64,000 bases of DNA, taken from Octopus sinensis. Lineage: Eukaryota. The stretch covers positions 68,882,001 through 68,946,000 of the forward strand of contig NC_043007.1 of NCBI RefSeq assembly GCF_006345805.1. The letters run 5' to 3'. A program made the translations under genes and the position numbers. Shown here piece after piece: positions 41,005 to 55,438 of this stretch (position 1 is the stretch's first letter; each line of letters begins with the position of its first letter). The notes beneath the pieces were generated by a model. It searched no databases, was not told the origin of the DNA, and saw only the letters and a list, made by a program, of their open reading frames with translations.

Positions 41005-41620
41005 ATCCTCACTCTATACTCCTCTGAACATCAGCATCCTTCAGAGCCCTCAAAGAAACCTCAAGCGCTGGGATCACTATCATCGAAGAGTTCGCTTATT
41101 AAAGATAGATCCACGACATAACTAGGACCGCATCCCAAAGACTAAACTTTCTCTTTAGGGTCAGAAAACATTTCAGCCCCCAACAGCTACTGACACTCAC
41201 CAAAGTCCAAAGGAGGTTCACATCCGGCCGATTCTACTAGCTACATATACAGACATCCTGGACCGTATCTTAAAATGACTGACATGGGTATTTGGCACTC
41301 CAACTCTCAAAGATAATTTCCAGCATGTCCAAAATGCGTGCTGTCTCCTCTCTGTTTCTCATCCCTCGCTCCAAAAATGTTCTTTGCTCGTAGGAGTTGG
41401 CTAATGTTTTACCCCAGCAACTCAGCCACCCATGACTTACTCGTCTTTCTATCTCTTGTCATCACTGGTGCACGAAACCTTTCGGCTCCGCATTAACCTA
41501 ATTCTAGTTCTTTCCACCCGCTAACATCGGCTCACTGTAATCTTCTCCATGTTCAAGTCTTCTTTGCTGATGTTGACCTGCATACGTTTAAACGGAATAT
41601 TAAAGACAGATGCTGATGCT
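41005..41620 (+). mobile_element. CR1/L2-group LINE 3' fragment
   Basis: QRLNFLFRVRKHFSPQQLLTLTKVQRR, typical of the post-RT region of L2/CR1-type ORF2; degenerate. Confidence 0.65.
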
Positions 41621-42129
41621 GGACACTACTGGTTGCTGGGACAGGATGACCTTAGTAGCCAGTCACGTGTAATACAGCGATCGGTATTAGCACGACTGTC
41701 CCATAGGAATATTGGTATTAGATGAAGATTTGCATTACCAATTATTCGCATCACCAACAATAACTCCATCCGTGTCGGCGCCATCGTTATAATATTTTCA
41801 TCATCATCATCATCAACAGCAGCAGCAGCAGTATAAGAGGCAGAATCATCATCATCATCATCACCATCATCGTCGTCGTCGTTGTCGTCGTCATCGTCAT
41901 CGTCGTCGTCGTCATTATCGCTGTCAATGTCGTCGCTATTGAGATTCTCTTTCAGATGCTACTGCAAATGCAAACGGCATCGAATTATAGCAATTGCTGT
42001 CCTGCCACGCACACACAGACACAGACAACTTTACAAACACAAAATCCAGACGTGCACACATCTGTGCACGCACGCACGCGCACACGCGCACACATATACA
42101 ACACATACACCGACACAATCACAACACAT

Positions 42130-42231
<102 letters not shown>

Positions 42232-42240
42232 TGATTGATT

Positions 42241-42380
<140 letters not shown>

Positions 42381-42712
42381 CACACACTTGCACCCACTCA
42401 TTCACACACACATACTCATGCACACCCACTCACACAGAGACAAGTATACATAATACATTATATATACATATGTATATAAACACACACAAACATTCACACA
42501 CACACATTCATATATATGATAATTCTGTTTTCATGTATAAATGTTTATAAAAACTGTCAAACATTACGTTTAAGGATTAAGGACCGTGCAATATTTTTCG
42601 ACAGAGCAACATATGTGTTTTATATTTACAAAGAAATTGTTGGCAGTTACTTGGAAGTTTCTATTATGTTGCTCTCATTGTATGAAATATGAATATGTGT
42701 GTGTATTTGTGT

Positions 42713-42780
<68 letters not shown>

Positions 42781-42785
42781 TCTTA

Positions 42786-42966
42786 CAGAAAAGAAAGTAA
42801 TATTTTGAACGCAATATAACCGTGAAAACAGCAGAAACATTGGGCATTTCACCCTTATAAGACGGAAAAAGTTGCCAGAAGTTGCTGGCAACTTTTTCCG
42901 TCTTATAAGAGTGACATACGCAATGTTTCTGGCTATATTGCGTTCAAAATATTACTTTCTTGTCTG
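42786..42966. mobile_element. 181-bp palindromic MITE (Tc1/mariner-type ends)
   Basis: TA|CAG...CTG|TA; ~32-bp outer TIR; inner perfect 25-bp stem CTTATAAGACGGAAAAAGTTGCCAG / CTGGCAACTTTTTCCGTCTTATAAG with 6-nt loop. Confidence 0.85.
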
Positions 42967-43108
42967 TATTACTTTTTTATCTGTATAATATGAAACATAT
43001 TCGATGCTTCCAAACACACACAAAATGTCTGTTTACATATGTTGTTGTTATTGTTGTTGTTGTTGTTGTTGTTGTGTGTGTGTGTGTATCTTTTATAAAA
43101 ATCCGTTC

Positions 43109-43144
<36 letters not shown>

Positions 43145-44129
43145 AGGATCTTGGGCATCCTCCATCCGATTACGCTCAAATTTGATATGCAGATACCGAC
43201 GGTATCAGGACGTGTATAAGTCTTTAAAAAAATTACAAAAATCGATTCCAGGTGAGAATGCGATCGGTAAAGCTGTTTTTGTCCTGCTTTTCTTCCATCG
43301 ACCTGATCATAACTGCACCTTCCATTTTCTGTTGTTTCTTTCCTGCCAAACTTACTGTTTAAACCATGTTTGTGTTCTCCCAGTCAACAGCCTTATCATT
43401 ACTGGTACTTTAAACTCTTCGGTTGCATATTTGTGTGAATAAAATCGTTTTTCTTTGGAATAGAAAAAAAGTCTATCTTTATTTCTTCTTTTGCTGGTGT
43501 CTCAAATTTAGGTTAAATCAGTGTTTCTCAAAGGGGAGGCCTATGGGACGGTGGGACATGTTGTTTTGAGAAAATTTGGTTTAACTGTCTGACAACGCAG
43601 CACCGTCCATTGGACGGGGAGCGTTTTGCTCGTATATATATATACAAATATGATGGACTTTCCCGTCGAAGTCAATCTTTGAGTGTTCAGCTTTTGCCGA
43701 ACAACATGCACAAATGATTTATTTACAGAGATGAAAAACTTCGTGTCGCACATTAGCTTACTCTCTCCATCAAATCGACGTTGCATGAAAAAAATCACGG
43801 TGTACCACGCGTCAGGTGATCGCAGCGCAACGTGAGAAGAAATGTTTTGCTCAGGAACACCACGCACCACCTGGTCAATTAACTGAAAATCACGACCACT
43901 GCTTATATTATGAGAGTTTGATGAGCTGTTCAACCGGACATGCCAATGCATTGTGGTTGGTAACATTGAAAGTTATGACAACCACGAAACCCGAAACTAA
44001 GCATTTTATCTATTTTTATTTGGGCCAAGTTGTTATTCTGTTGTTTTTATTAAAACTGAAGAAATATCAAAACGTATAAATATGTTATGTATATATAGGC
44101 GCAGTGTGTGTTTTACATATGTATATATA

Positions 44130-44294
44130 GGCGCAGGAGTGGCTGTGTGGTAAGTAGCTTGCTAACCAACCACATGGTTCCGGGTTCAGTCCCACTGCGT
44201 GGCATCTTGGGCAAGTGTCTTCTGCTATAGCCTCGGGCCGACCAATGCCTTGTGAGTGGATTTGGTAGACGGAAACTGAAAGAAGCCTGTCGTA

Positions 44295-44357
<63 letters not shown>

Positions 44358-44562
44358 GTGTGTGTTTGTCCCCCTAGCATTGCTTGACAACCGATGCTGA
44401 TGTGATTACGTCCCCGTCACTTAGCGGTTCGGCAAAAGAGACCGATAGAATAAGTACTGGGCTTACAAAGAATAAGTCCCGGGGTCTATTTGCTCGACTA
44501 AAGGCGGTGCTCCAGCATGGCCGCAGTCAAATGACTGAAACAAGTAAAAGAGTAAAAGAGTA
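44130..44562 (+). mobile_element. Full-length tRNA-derived SINE with internal microsatellite
   Basis: A box TGGCTGTGTGG, B box GGTTCAGTCCC, body GGGCAAGTGTCTTCTGCTATAGCC, internal (TA)n(TG)n, tail CAAATGACTGAAACAAGTAAAAGAGTAAAAGAG; inverted partial copies at 44582-44660 and 45040-45200. Confidence 0.85.
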
Positions 44563-44658
44563 TATATGAATACGTATTTATTCTTTTAATTCCTTCTGAC
44601 ATTTGACTGCAGCTATGCTGGAACAGCACCGTTTCTCGGAAAAATCGCCCCCGGGGCT

Positions 44659-44719
<61 letters not shown>

Positions 44720-46120
44720 TGTGTAGTAGTAGATTCATAAAAAAGTTCTTGGTCCCGTATGATATATTTGAAAAAATATGGCTTTTTGTTTTCTTACCTT
44801 CCATCTTTATCTTTTTCTTTTATTTTTTCTCTTCTTGATTCTTTTTTCCCATATGGTGTTGTATTTTATTTTTGTATTCTTTATTATTTTTTTATATTAG
44901 GTTTATACTCTTTATTTTTTCTATCTTTTATTTTCCATTTTTATTTTATATTTGTATACCTGCAAGAAAAAGCTTTTGCTGTTTAAACAACCTTCTAAAC
45001 CACAGAATTTCAGTTTGAAAACGGCTATCAAAAAGCTCGAAACTTCTTACCAAAATTATCCCCCACACACACACACAAAAAAAAGCCTTGTCTACTATTT
45101 TTCCAAATATATTACACATGCCCAAGCTACCACGCAGTGAAACTGAACCCGGTAACATGTGGTTGAGAAACAAGCTTCTTACCAAGCAGCCACACCTATA
45201 TATATATATATAAACATTATTGACCTCATATACTGGTAGGCTGCGAATTGGCGTGGTGGAAATATCTGTCTCAAAGGTGTTAAAACACCTAAGCTTTCGG
45301 CTGAAATAACAACACATTCAGAAGTGATGGAAATCACTGTTTCACTGTTTTCGTAGCTCAGCAACATCTCGTATCCAAGCAGGACCGTAGAAGAATCATG
45401 CCGCCATTCCACGACTTATATGCATACAGCGTGAAAACTATATCTTGATATGCACGGACAATGCAAAAGAATAAATTCAATTATGAAACAGAAGCAGCGC
45501 TGGTGTAATGAACATTATCGACCACATTTACTGAACAGATGTATTTTGCGTGTTTGCTAGAAAGCTGCGATAGGAGTGGTGGAGATTACTCTCTCAAAGT
45601 ACCGGGTGTTAAAATATCTTGAACTCATAGACAAGCGACACAATTGTCACAGGTTAGAGAGAGAAAGAGAGAAAAGGGGAGAAAGAAAGAGAGAGTGAGA
45701 GATGCATATGGAAAGGATGGGCTGCATGTTTCTCTATTCATATTTAATTTTTTCTTTTCTTTTCTCTCTTTCTTTCTTTCTTTCTTTCTTTAAGACGCTG
45801 CAGCAAAACTTCATGGTGGCGATCTCCACTTCAACACATTCCTATCATACAATGGTAATTGCTAAATGTTTTGCTCAAACTTAGCAGGTTTTTGGGAGGT
45901 TTATTTTGTGGGGTGGAATGGGTTCTTATTAGGCATTCATTGTTAAACAGCTTTAAGACATCACTCTCACCATGCATTGAACAACGGACAACATTTAGCA
46001 CAGAAAAAGAAAATACTAAGCAAGTAACCAAAACTGCAGGAGATGGGTATATGCCTTCTAATCTTGAATTTAACTTTATCTCTATGTACATTCATATACA
46101 TGCATACATACATTCATATG

Positions 46121-46161
<41 letters not shown>

Positions 46162-46203
46162 TAAGGAGCAAAAATACTGGAGATTCAAAATGATTACTTC
46201 ACA

Positions 46204-46249
46204 ATGTCCCTTGAAGAGCTAATATAAATAGCGAAAACCGGTTGGATAT
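46204..46249 (+). ncRNA. Minimal hammerhead motif with two +1 homopolymer insertions
   Basis: ATGTCC-CT(T)GAAGA-GCTA-atataaa-TAGC-GAA(A)-ACCGGT-T-GGATAT; 6-bp stem I, 4-bp stem II, palindromic stem III. Confidence 0.5.
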
Positions 46250-46424
46250 CACGAAATCCGTAAAATATTTATATATATATATATATATATAATATATATA
46301 TATATATAAATTTCTTTATAAAAGATATTAAACTATGTGAAACGAAGGAATTTCTCTTCCACTTTTGATGTGTTTTCCTCATATTTTCAACATATTGTTA
46401 TATATATACATACATACATACATA

Positions 46425-46468
<44 letters not shown>

Positions 46469-46484
46469 GATATAGATATATATG

Positions 46485-46532
<48 letters not shown>

Positions 46533-46586
46533 TTGAAAAAGGAAAAGAATAATTTCACTGATAGTTCTTATCAATTTAATTTTCAA

Positions 46587-46621
<35 letters not shown>

Positions 46622-47097
46622 TATATATAAGGATTTAATTAAATGTCATGAACTTCATTCTTCATTAACTTACTGCTGTTTCTGCTATAAGAAACAATGC
46701 ACTCACAGTTGAGCATCTATGCATATACATGCATAGGTGGTTACGCATTCATGTGTGCATGGAATTTGCAATTAACTTTGTTTTTAGTTTTTAATGTAGT
46801 AAAAGCCACACACAACGACCCAAAGTATCACACACGTTTATTGCTCGGAATACGGATTAGGTAAACAGCCGACAACTGATGAAGGGTCATTCCTTGTGTT
46901 GCTTGTCTTGTTTTCCATTTGTTTCTTTCGTTGCGTTCAAAAAGAGCCCTTATTGCAAATCCTCTTACTTCGTATTAATTGTCGTTTATGTTTTGTGACG
47001 TCCTGTGCCCGCATATGCATATGTATATACGTAAACATGTATGTACGTATACGTACGTATATATGTATATATATATATATATTATATATATATATAT

Positions 47098-47170
<73 letters not shown>

Positions 47171-47693
47171 TCGTCTAGGCTTATAGGCCCTCTTTATTTG
47201 TTTTCCTGTCCTGTTTCTATTCCTTCTTGTACTGTATTTCTTGTAATTGTATTTTTATTTTGTATTTGTTTTTAATTGTATTGTTTTTACGTCCTGTTTT
47301 TGTCACATTTTTTTCCTTGTTTTTACCCCTCTGCAAAGGAATTTTATTTTAATTCTTTCGCAGGAAGGATTAGTTCGACGAGACGTGCTCTGTCCTCACC
47401 TTCGAAACACGCTGGAGTTGAACTAGGGACGGCTGATGAAGGGGAGTTTTCCTTGTGTAGTTGTCTTGTACTCTGTTTTTTCGTTGTTAAAGGAATGACC
47501 CGTTCCATGCTGTTTTTACGTTTTCGTTTCTCGTTGAGTTCTACGTCTATTTGTGGTGTCCTGTACACACGTATATATATTTATATATGCATGTATATAT
47601 ACATGTAGATGTAGGTACGTACATATATGTTTGTATGTATGCATATATTTTATTTATTCAATATATATTTATACATACATTATATATGTTATG

Positions 47694-47752
<59 letters not shown>

Positions 47753-47899
47753 ATATATATACATATATATATATTTATTTACAACCGCACATACATACAT
47801 TAATACCTCCGCCCGTGAGCAGGTAAGACCAGCATTGACTCCTAAGAATACAGGGTACACTAATGACTAATTAGCCCGGCTCTAAATAGACTAAGAATC

Positions 47900-48014
<115 letters not shown>

Positions 48015-48023
48015 ATATATATA

Positions 48024-48120
<97 letters not shown>

Positions 48121-48128
48121 ATAGTGAA

Positions 48129-48455
48129 GGCGCATGGCTCAGTGGTTAGAGCGTCGAGCTTACGATCGTGAGGTTGTGAGCTCGAATCCCGGACCGGGCT
48201 GCGTGTTGAGCAAGGCACTTTATTTCACGTTGCTCCAGTTCACTCAGCTGTAGAAATGAGTTGCGATGTCACTGGTGCCAAGCTGTATCGACCTTTGTCT
48301 TTCCCTTGGATAATACTGGTGGCGTGGAGAGGGGAGGCTGGTATGCATGGGCGACTGCTGGTCTTCCATAAACAACCTTGCCCGGACTTGTGTCTAGGAG
48401 GGTAACTTTCTAGGTGCAATCCCATGGTCATTCATGACTGAAGGGGGTCTTTACC
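48129..48455 (+). mobile_element. tRNA-derived SINE (third family)
   Basis: A box TGGCTCAGTGG, B box GCTCGAATCCC, followed by ~250 nt of non-tRNA body ending GGGGTCTTTACCCTTTT. Confidence 0.8.
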
Positions 48456-48793
48456 CTTTTTTTTATATATATAATACATATATATATGTGAGTGTGTATA
48501 TATATATATGTATACACACATAGATGCGTATACAAGCATGCATACATATATCTATGCGCATATATATATATATATATACAGGTATATATGCATTTCTGTA
48601 TACACATACTTATATACACATACTCTCTCACATACACACGCACGCGCACCTTCGTTTTGGGATCACTAGTACTTTATTTTCTCCCCTTCTTCCTAGCTCC
48701 CATGTCTGACCACCTCTGTCCAGCCATCACCATGATTGACCGCTAGTTACTAAAAATTTTTTTTATTCTTTCTCTGTTTATTTTCTCGTGTTC

Positions 48794-48829
48794 CTTTCTG
48801 TTGAAGAGCATAGATTCGAAACGTAAAAG
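48794..48829 (+). ncRNA. Small hammerhead variant (core CUGUUGA)
   Basis: CTTT-CTGTTGA-A-GAGC-atag-ATTC-GAA-ACGT-A-AAAG; stem I in register, 4-nt palindromic stem III, non-canonical A6U. Confidence 0.4.
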
Positions 48830-49459
48830 ACTTTCTCACACTCCCGAGCGTTAAACTAATACACCTGTTTATTGTTTACACACCTGTCTTCATGTGTGTG
48901 TGTGTGTGAGTTATGATTATTTTATGTCAGTTATATTGCATGAAGTGTCAACACTTAGAAGTCTAAAGTTTTTAAAAGCAACAGTACATTTAACACAGAT
49001 TTTATTTACTGAAAAGCGACAGAATTTACTCAGCCGAACAAATCTAACCGCACGCTGACCAAAGCCTCAAAGAATATTCTCATATATTTAATTGGTATTA
49101 ATCATCTTCATATCTAAAGTTATACACATGCATATATATGTATATGTGTGCGTATATAATATATATATATTATATATACATATATATATTTATATGTGTG
49201 TGTGTATATGTATGTATCTATATACATCTATATATATACATATGCGTGTTTGTTTAAAGACTCGTACCTACCTACATTTATGTATGTATGTAAAGATACT
49301 TATACGTATACATATATTAAGATATATATGTATACACATGTATATGCATATATATGTAAATATATCCCTAAACATCTGTGTGTGTATGTGTCTTTGAAGA
49401 GGTAGATAGATAAATAGATAGATAGATAGATAGATAGATAGAAAGATAGATAGATATAC

Positions 49460-49495
<36 letters not shown>

Positions 49496-49805
49496 TGATA
49501 GATAGATAGAGAGAGAGAGATAGAGAGACAGATATCTTTAGGTACATAGATGCTACATATATATGCACAGACGCACTCATGCGCGCACACACACGCATAC
49601 CCAACACACTCATACACACGCATTCAATGGGGGCGGTATATGGCGAAATTTATAAGTAACTTTTACAGTTTCCTTTAATATCAGAAATGTACATATTTAA
49701 CCCTAAATTTCGTAATTAGGTTCAAATTTGTTAATGTATTAATGTGCTATTAACTTATGTATATTAAATATCTAACATTTATTTAATAAATGTATGTATA
49801 TGTAG

Positions 49806-49860
<55 letters not shown>

Positions 49861-49892
49861 TACATATATAGATAGATAGATATTGGAGTAAA

Positions 49893-49925
<33 letters not shown>

Positions 49926-49938
49926 ATATATGTATATG

Positions 49939-49972
<34 letters not shown>

Positions 49973-49996
49973 TGTATATGTATATATGTATATATG

Positions 49997-50067
<71 letters not shown>

Positions 50068-51112
50068 AAACCCGTGTGTAATGTATTTTCCCCAATAGCT
50101 ATCTATCTATCTATCTATCTATTGAACTACAACATATTCGTATGTATTTTTAATGAGACGTATACACATACGCTCATACTGACACATGCAAGCATATAAC
50201 ACAGCTTCTAAGCTGTCGCTTGACATGCTAAAAATACCAACACACTCCTTCGAATCATATTCACTATTTATGAAAAATAAAAAAAGTAATATGAAATTGG
50301 AAAATGTATTCCAAACTACATAAAAGATATGTCAAAAGTGACAAATAAACAGGACGGTCATAATTGGAAAAGTTTGATATCATAGCCAGTCTGATCGATC
50401 TTTATTTTGATATCATAGTCAGTCTGATGAAGCATTAAATGCCACTCTAAAAAGTTTACAGACGCGCGTGCACACACAGCTGTTCCTGGTTCATTACGCT
50501 AACCGATGGGAGAAGTTATATGGGATGGTTTGACCTGCTAGAATAGCCAAATTTCTTACAAGAGCCCTCTTTGAAACATTAAATTCTTCAAACTTGGCTT
50601 CACGTAAGTCTTTGAGCCGAGTTAGAGAACTTCAGTTCTTTGTTTTCGTTTTTAATCATTACACTGTTCTATACGGGTACATTTTGGAAAAGCGCAATGT
50701 ATATATATTATATATATATAGATATATATATATATATATAATATATATATATATGTGTGTGTGTGTGTGGTGTGTGTGTGTGTGTGTGTGTACATATGTA
50801 TGCATGCAAATATATATATGTGTGTGTATGTTTACGTATGTATATATATTTAACCGTATATATAAGTATAAATATATATATATATGTATAAATACACACA
50901 CATATATATATATAGATACATATACATACAGTGTATGTATATATGTATGTATTTGTGATTGTGTGCAGACGCGTGTATGTATGCATGTATTGTTTACAGC
51001 TCTTTATTTTCTGAGATCAAATCCCGCCGAGGTCATCTTTATTCCAGTCAAGTAATGGAGTCGATCCTCTCAAACTCAGTAGGCTTGTTCCAAAATTAAA
51101 AAGAATATTATG

Positions 51113-51172
<60 letters not shown>

Positions 51173-51214
51173 GTTATTGTTGTTGTTTTTGTTGTTTTTG
51201 TTGTTGCTGTTTTT

Positions 51215-51380
51215 GTATTTCGTCTGTCTACGTTGTGAGTTCAAATTCCACGGCGGTCGACTGTGCCATTCATACTTTCGGAGGTCGATAAATTAAGCAC
51301 CAGCTGCGTACTTGGTTCAATCTAATCGACTGGCCCCACCCCCAAAAGTTCGGGCCTTGTGCCTAGAGTAGAAAAGATTA
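51215..51380 (+). mobile_element. 5'-truncated Nin-domain-like SINE (further fragments at 5790-5890, 8740-8890, 61225-61340, 61440-61625)
   Basis: GAGTTCAAATTCC...GGTCGATAAATTAAGCACCAG...GGCCTTGTGCCTAGAGTAGAAAAG. Confidence 0.75.
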
Positions 51381-51400
51381 TTATTATTATTATTATTATT

Positions 51401-51433
<33 letters not shown>

Positions 51434-52261
51434 TTCTTCATCATCGTCATTATTATTATTATTATTATTATTATTAATCTCTTCATCTTTTCGGGATAAG
51501 AACCAGTTGGGCTCTAGGGTAGACAACTTCCGCCTCCTAACAAAACTGCTGGCCTAGTGCCAAAATCTGAAAAGATTGTCAGAGTTATTCATATTGAACA
51601 TCATTATTATTTTTAAATGGCACAAGTCACAAAGTAATTCAAGGGCTAAAACTTTATAGGTGCCATACAGGAAATTCTCGGTTCATTAATCACAGTTACA
51701 TGCTGCACGCACGTGCGCGCGCGCATATACACATGCATACATGTATACTCGCTGCACACATAACTATATCCATATATGCATGTATAAATATATATGTCTG
51801 TGTGTGTGCGTGAGAGAGAGAGAGAGTTGGTAGAGTCGGTATGTGAAAGCACGTGGCTTGATGTATAGATGACAAAAAAGAGTGAAAAAACTATAGAAGG
51901 CTTGTGTTTATGGTTAAAGAATATATTTAAATCGTTATGTCTTAGAAAAATTTTATAAAATTTTGCGTATAGTAACAGTTTTTGAAGAAATCACCGGTTT
52001 CGTATTTTCTTTTCAAATTTCTCAAATTTCTTTACCTATATCGTGTCATGTCTTCGCTATGTTATGATATATATATATAAACACAAACGAAGATCCTTAT
52101 TCCGTGCATGTGGTTTGGTGGGGCGCTAAAAGTTTAAAATCACTGCTGCTGCCGTTTTAAATTGCGAACGACACACCGAAATGATGTCCTGGACATACAC
52201 ACACCTACACACCCACCTAGACACACACGCACAACCACCCTCATCGTCCACTTCTAAATCA

Positions 52262-52296
<35 letters not shown>

Positions 52297-52769
52297 CGTA
52301 TGCATATAATACATATATGCATATCATATATATGTATATATATATATATATATAGTGAGAGAGAGAAGGAGAGAAAGTGAGAGAGAATGTGTGAGTGAAT
52401 GAGTGAGTGACATACATAGCCTGGAAGATATATGGGATGATCATAGCTGCATCATATCGATCCTAGGTATGCTTGACCAGAGCTGATCTGGGGCTAGACA
52501 ACAACAATAATCGCAATTACAACAACGGCAAACAACATCAACAACCGTGCTAGTGAACATTATTATCCAACGGCAGTTAATAGAGAAGTTAGCCGCTCCG
52601 GTGCTGCTATCCAAATGTTGAATGGGCGGATCTCTCTCCCTCCCCTCCTCTCTCGCTTTCCGTTTCTCTTTCTCCTTCTTCCTCTCTCTTTCTCTCTCTC
52701 TCTCTCGCTCTTTCTATCTGTCCCTCACACTTACTCTTTGTCTTTATCTCTGTCTCTCTCTTTCTCTAA

Positions 52770-52842
52770 CGATGGTTGTATCTCCGTGTACCGTCAATTG
52801 TTCTGGATGATTAAAACTTACCGTTACCAACACCGCCGTCGT

Positions 52843-52883
<41 letters not shown>

Positions 52884-54496
52884 GCAGATCACCACATCCA
52901 GCAACACCACCCACAACACCCAACGCCGCCACTACCACCACCAACAAAAACATACACTACCACCACAACATCTCTCATCACCAACATCACTACCATCACC
53001 AGCGCAAACAATAAAAAGAGTATAACCCATCCCCGTTACCCCCAACACAAGCACCACCACAAACCACCATCGCCACCCACACCAACACTACCACCAACAC
53101 TACCACCAACACAACCACCGGCAACAAAAATAAGAGATACAACGTACGTGATGGTGTTATGATGGCGACGGTGTTGGTTGTAGGCGTGATGGTAGAAATG
53201 TTGTTGGTGGCGATGGCGTTAAGCGGTGCGATGTTGGAGCTGGTAGCGGTACCGGTGTTATTGGTGATAGTGACGATGAGGTGGATTGTGTGACAGGCAT
53301 TGATGTTCTTGTATTGATGGGGGTGGAGTGGCAGTGGCGGGGGTGGTACTTCTTACTGATGATCGGGTGGGTTTGTGATGGGCAGGCAGGAATGTACCTG
53401 TATTAATATTAGTGGCGGTGGTAGTAGTGAGGGAAGATGCGGCGGTGGTAGTAGTGAGGGAAGATGCGGCGGTGGCGGCGGCAGCAGCGGTGTCGATGAT
53501 GGTGGAGATGCTGGTTGTGATGGTGGTGGTGATGATGGGGGCCGGTGTTGGTGGTGCTAATAGCGATTGGGTGGATTGCGAAGTCAAGGAGGTGATCCTC
53601 TTACATTGATGGTGGTGACGGAGTCAACGGTGGAGGCAATGGTGGAGGCGGCGGTGGTGGAAGTGGTGATGGTGGTGGTGGTGGTGGTAGTGATAATGGT
53701 AGGCGGTGAGACGGCGTTACTGGCGATAGTAGTGGGGATAATGGTGATGAACATAGAAAATGATGAATAATGGTGGTGGTGGTGGTGGTGGTCATGGTCG
53801 TGGCGGTGGTCGTCGTCGTGATGCTAGTGTGGTAACGTTAGTAAAGAGGAGAGGTGGTTGCAGCGGCAGCAGGTGCAGCAATAGCAACAGCAGCACGAGA
53901 AGCAGCAACAGCATCGGTTGTGATGTGGTGCCATGTGGTTTCAACGATATCAACAGCAACAGCTGGAGTTGTCGTAGTGGTGGTGGCGGCAGAAGAGGAG
54001 AAGGAAGAGAAGGACAAGAAGAGGAAGAAGAAGGAGGAGGAGGAGGAGGAGGAAGAGGAAATGGTGGTTGTGGTTGTGGTGGGATTTTAGGAAGGATTAG
54101 TTATAATGAAGTTGCTGCTGTTCTCACTGATGCTGCTGTTGCTGCTGCAGTTGGTGTTGCTTGTTGTTGCTGTTGTTGCTGCTGCAGTTGGTGTTGCTTG
54201 TTGTTGCTGCTGTTGCTTTTGCTGTTGTTGTTGTTGTTGTTGTTGTTACTGCAGTTGCTGCTACTGATGATAATGATGATAATGATGCTGCTGATGAGGA
54301 GATGGAGAACGCAGCATTAGTAGCAACAACAACAGCAGCAGTTTTGATCATGGTAGTCGTAGTCACAGATACAATAGCAGCAGCAACAACAACAGCAACA
54401 GCAGTCGCAGCAGCAGCAGCCGCGGCAGCAGCAGCAATAACGACAACACCCGCCTTAGTGTGATAGCGAGAGAGGGAAGAGGTAATTCTATGAGCT

Positions 54497-54527
<31 letters not shown>

Positions 54528-55290
54528 GACGAACAACAAAGAGCTATATATAAAAGAAGAAAACAAAAAAAAATATATGCAAAAATAAACTTAATACAAA
54601 AAGAACAACACTCCTACACCGCTTTCTCTATCACTGTCACCACCACCACCACCACCACCACCACACCACCAATACCAGCAACAACAATACCAGCAACAAC
54701 TATAACAAACAATAACTCTCTCACTACAATAAAAGACAAGAATAAAATCAACGACATTCAAATACCGATCGCATGCAAAGAAATAAAGAAATAAAGAAAT
54801 AAAGAAAAAAAGAAACAAACAAACAAAGAAAAAAAGAAAGAAAGAGAAGAAGAAACAATTTGCAAGAATAATCGGGGACGGGAAGGAGGGTGGTTATCAG
54901 AGTGTCAGTGGTGGTGGTCGCGGTGGAAGCAGAGTGGATGCAGGTATGAACTTTTTTATGAACGCAAGAACGCGAAGAAAGAGGTAGATTATAGGTGGTG
55001 TGCGTGTGCGTGTATGTGTGTATGTGTATGTGTGTGTGTGTGGTAGGTGGAGGGGGAGGGAAGGAGAGAGTGAGAGGGAGGGATGGAGGGAGGGGGTAGA
55101 GAGTGATTGAAAGAAAGTGTGAGCTGTGATAGATTTATTATGAACAACAAATGCAACAACAGTCACTACTACCATCACCACTTCCTCCGCAACTACAAAA
55201 CAACAGCAAAAGCTACTACTACTACTACTACTATTAAAACTACTACTACTACTAGTAGTAGTAGTAGAACTACTGCTACTGCTACTGCTA
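52770..55290. repeat. Mosaic of degenerate trinucleotide repeats (CAC/GGT/CAG/GCT/GAG/ACT)
   Basis: Triplet-periodic low-complexity blocks with alternating strand polarity; every frame is interrupted by stops. Confidence 0.8.
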
Positions 55291-55407
55291 TGTAGACGAT
55301 AAAAGAAAAAGAACGATAAACATTATGCCGCTTTGGGTTGGACTTAAAAGTGAAACTGCCTGCTGAGAGGCCTATGCATCCTACGCAAGATGGGCAAACC
55401 TCTTGCT

Positions 55408-55438
55408 TATAAATACACGCGTTTCTACAACATCCAGT
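55408..55438 (+). promoter_or_regulatory. Core promoter of the neuropeptide gene: TATA box + initiator
   Basis: TATAAATA at 55408-55415; TCCAGT initiator-like sequence with A at 55436, 28 nt downstream of the TATA start. Confidence 0.6.

Noticed and set aside
46876-47450. CTGATGAAGG...CCTT motifs at 46876 and 47433
   Set aside because: A stem-II-like hairpin is present but there is no downstream GAAA or stem III; at most decayed remnants.
48129-48200. Possible tRNA gene
   Set aside because: No closed acceptor stem evident and it continues into a SINE body; it is a tRNA-derived SINE head.
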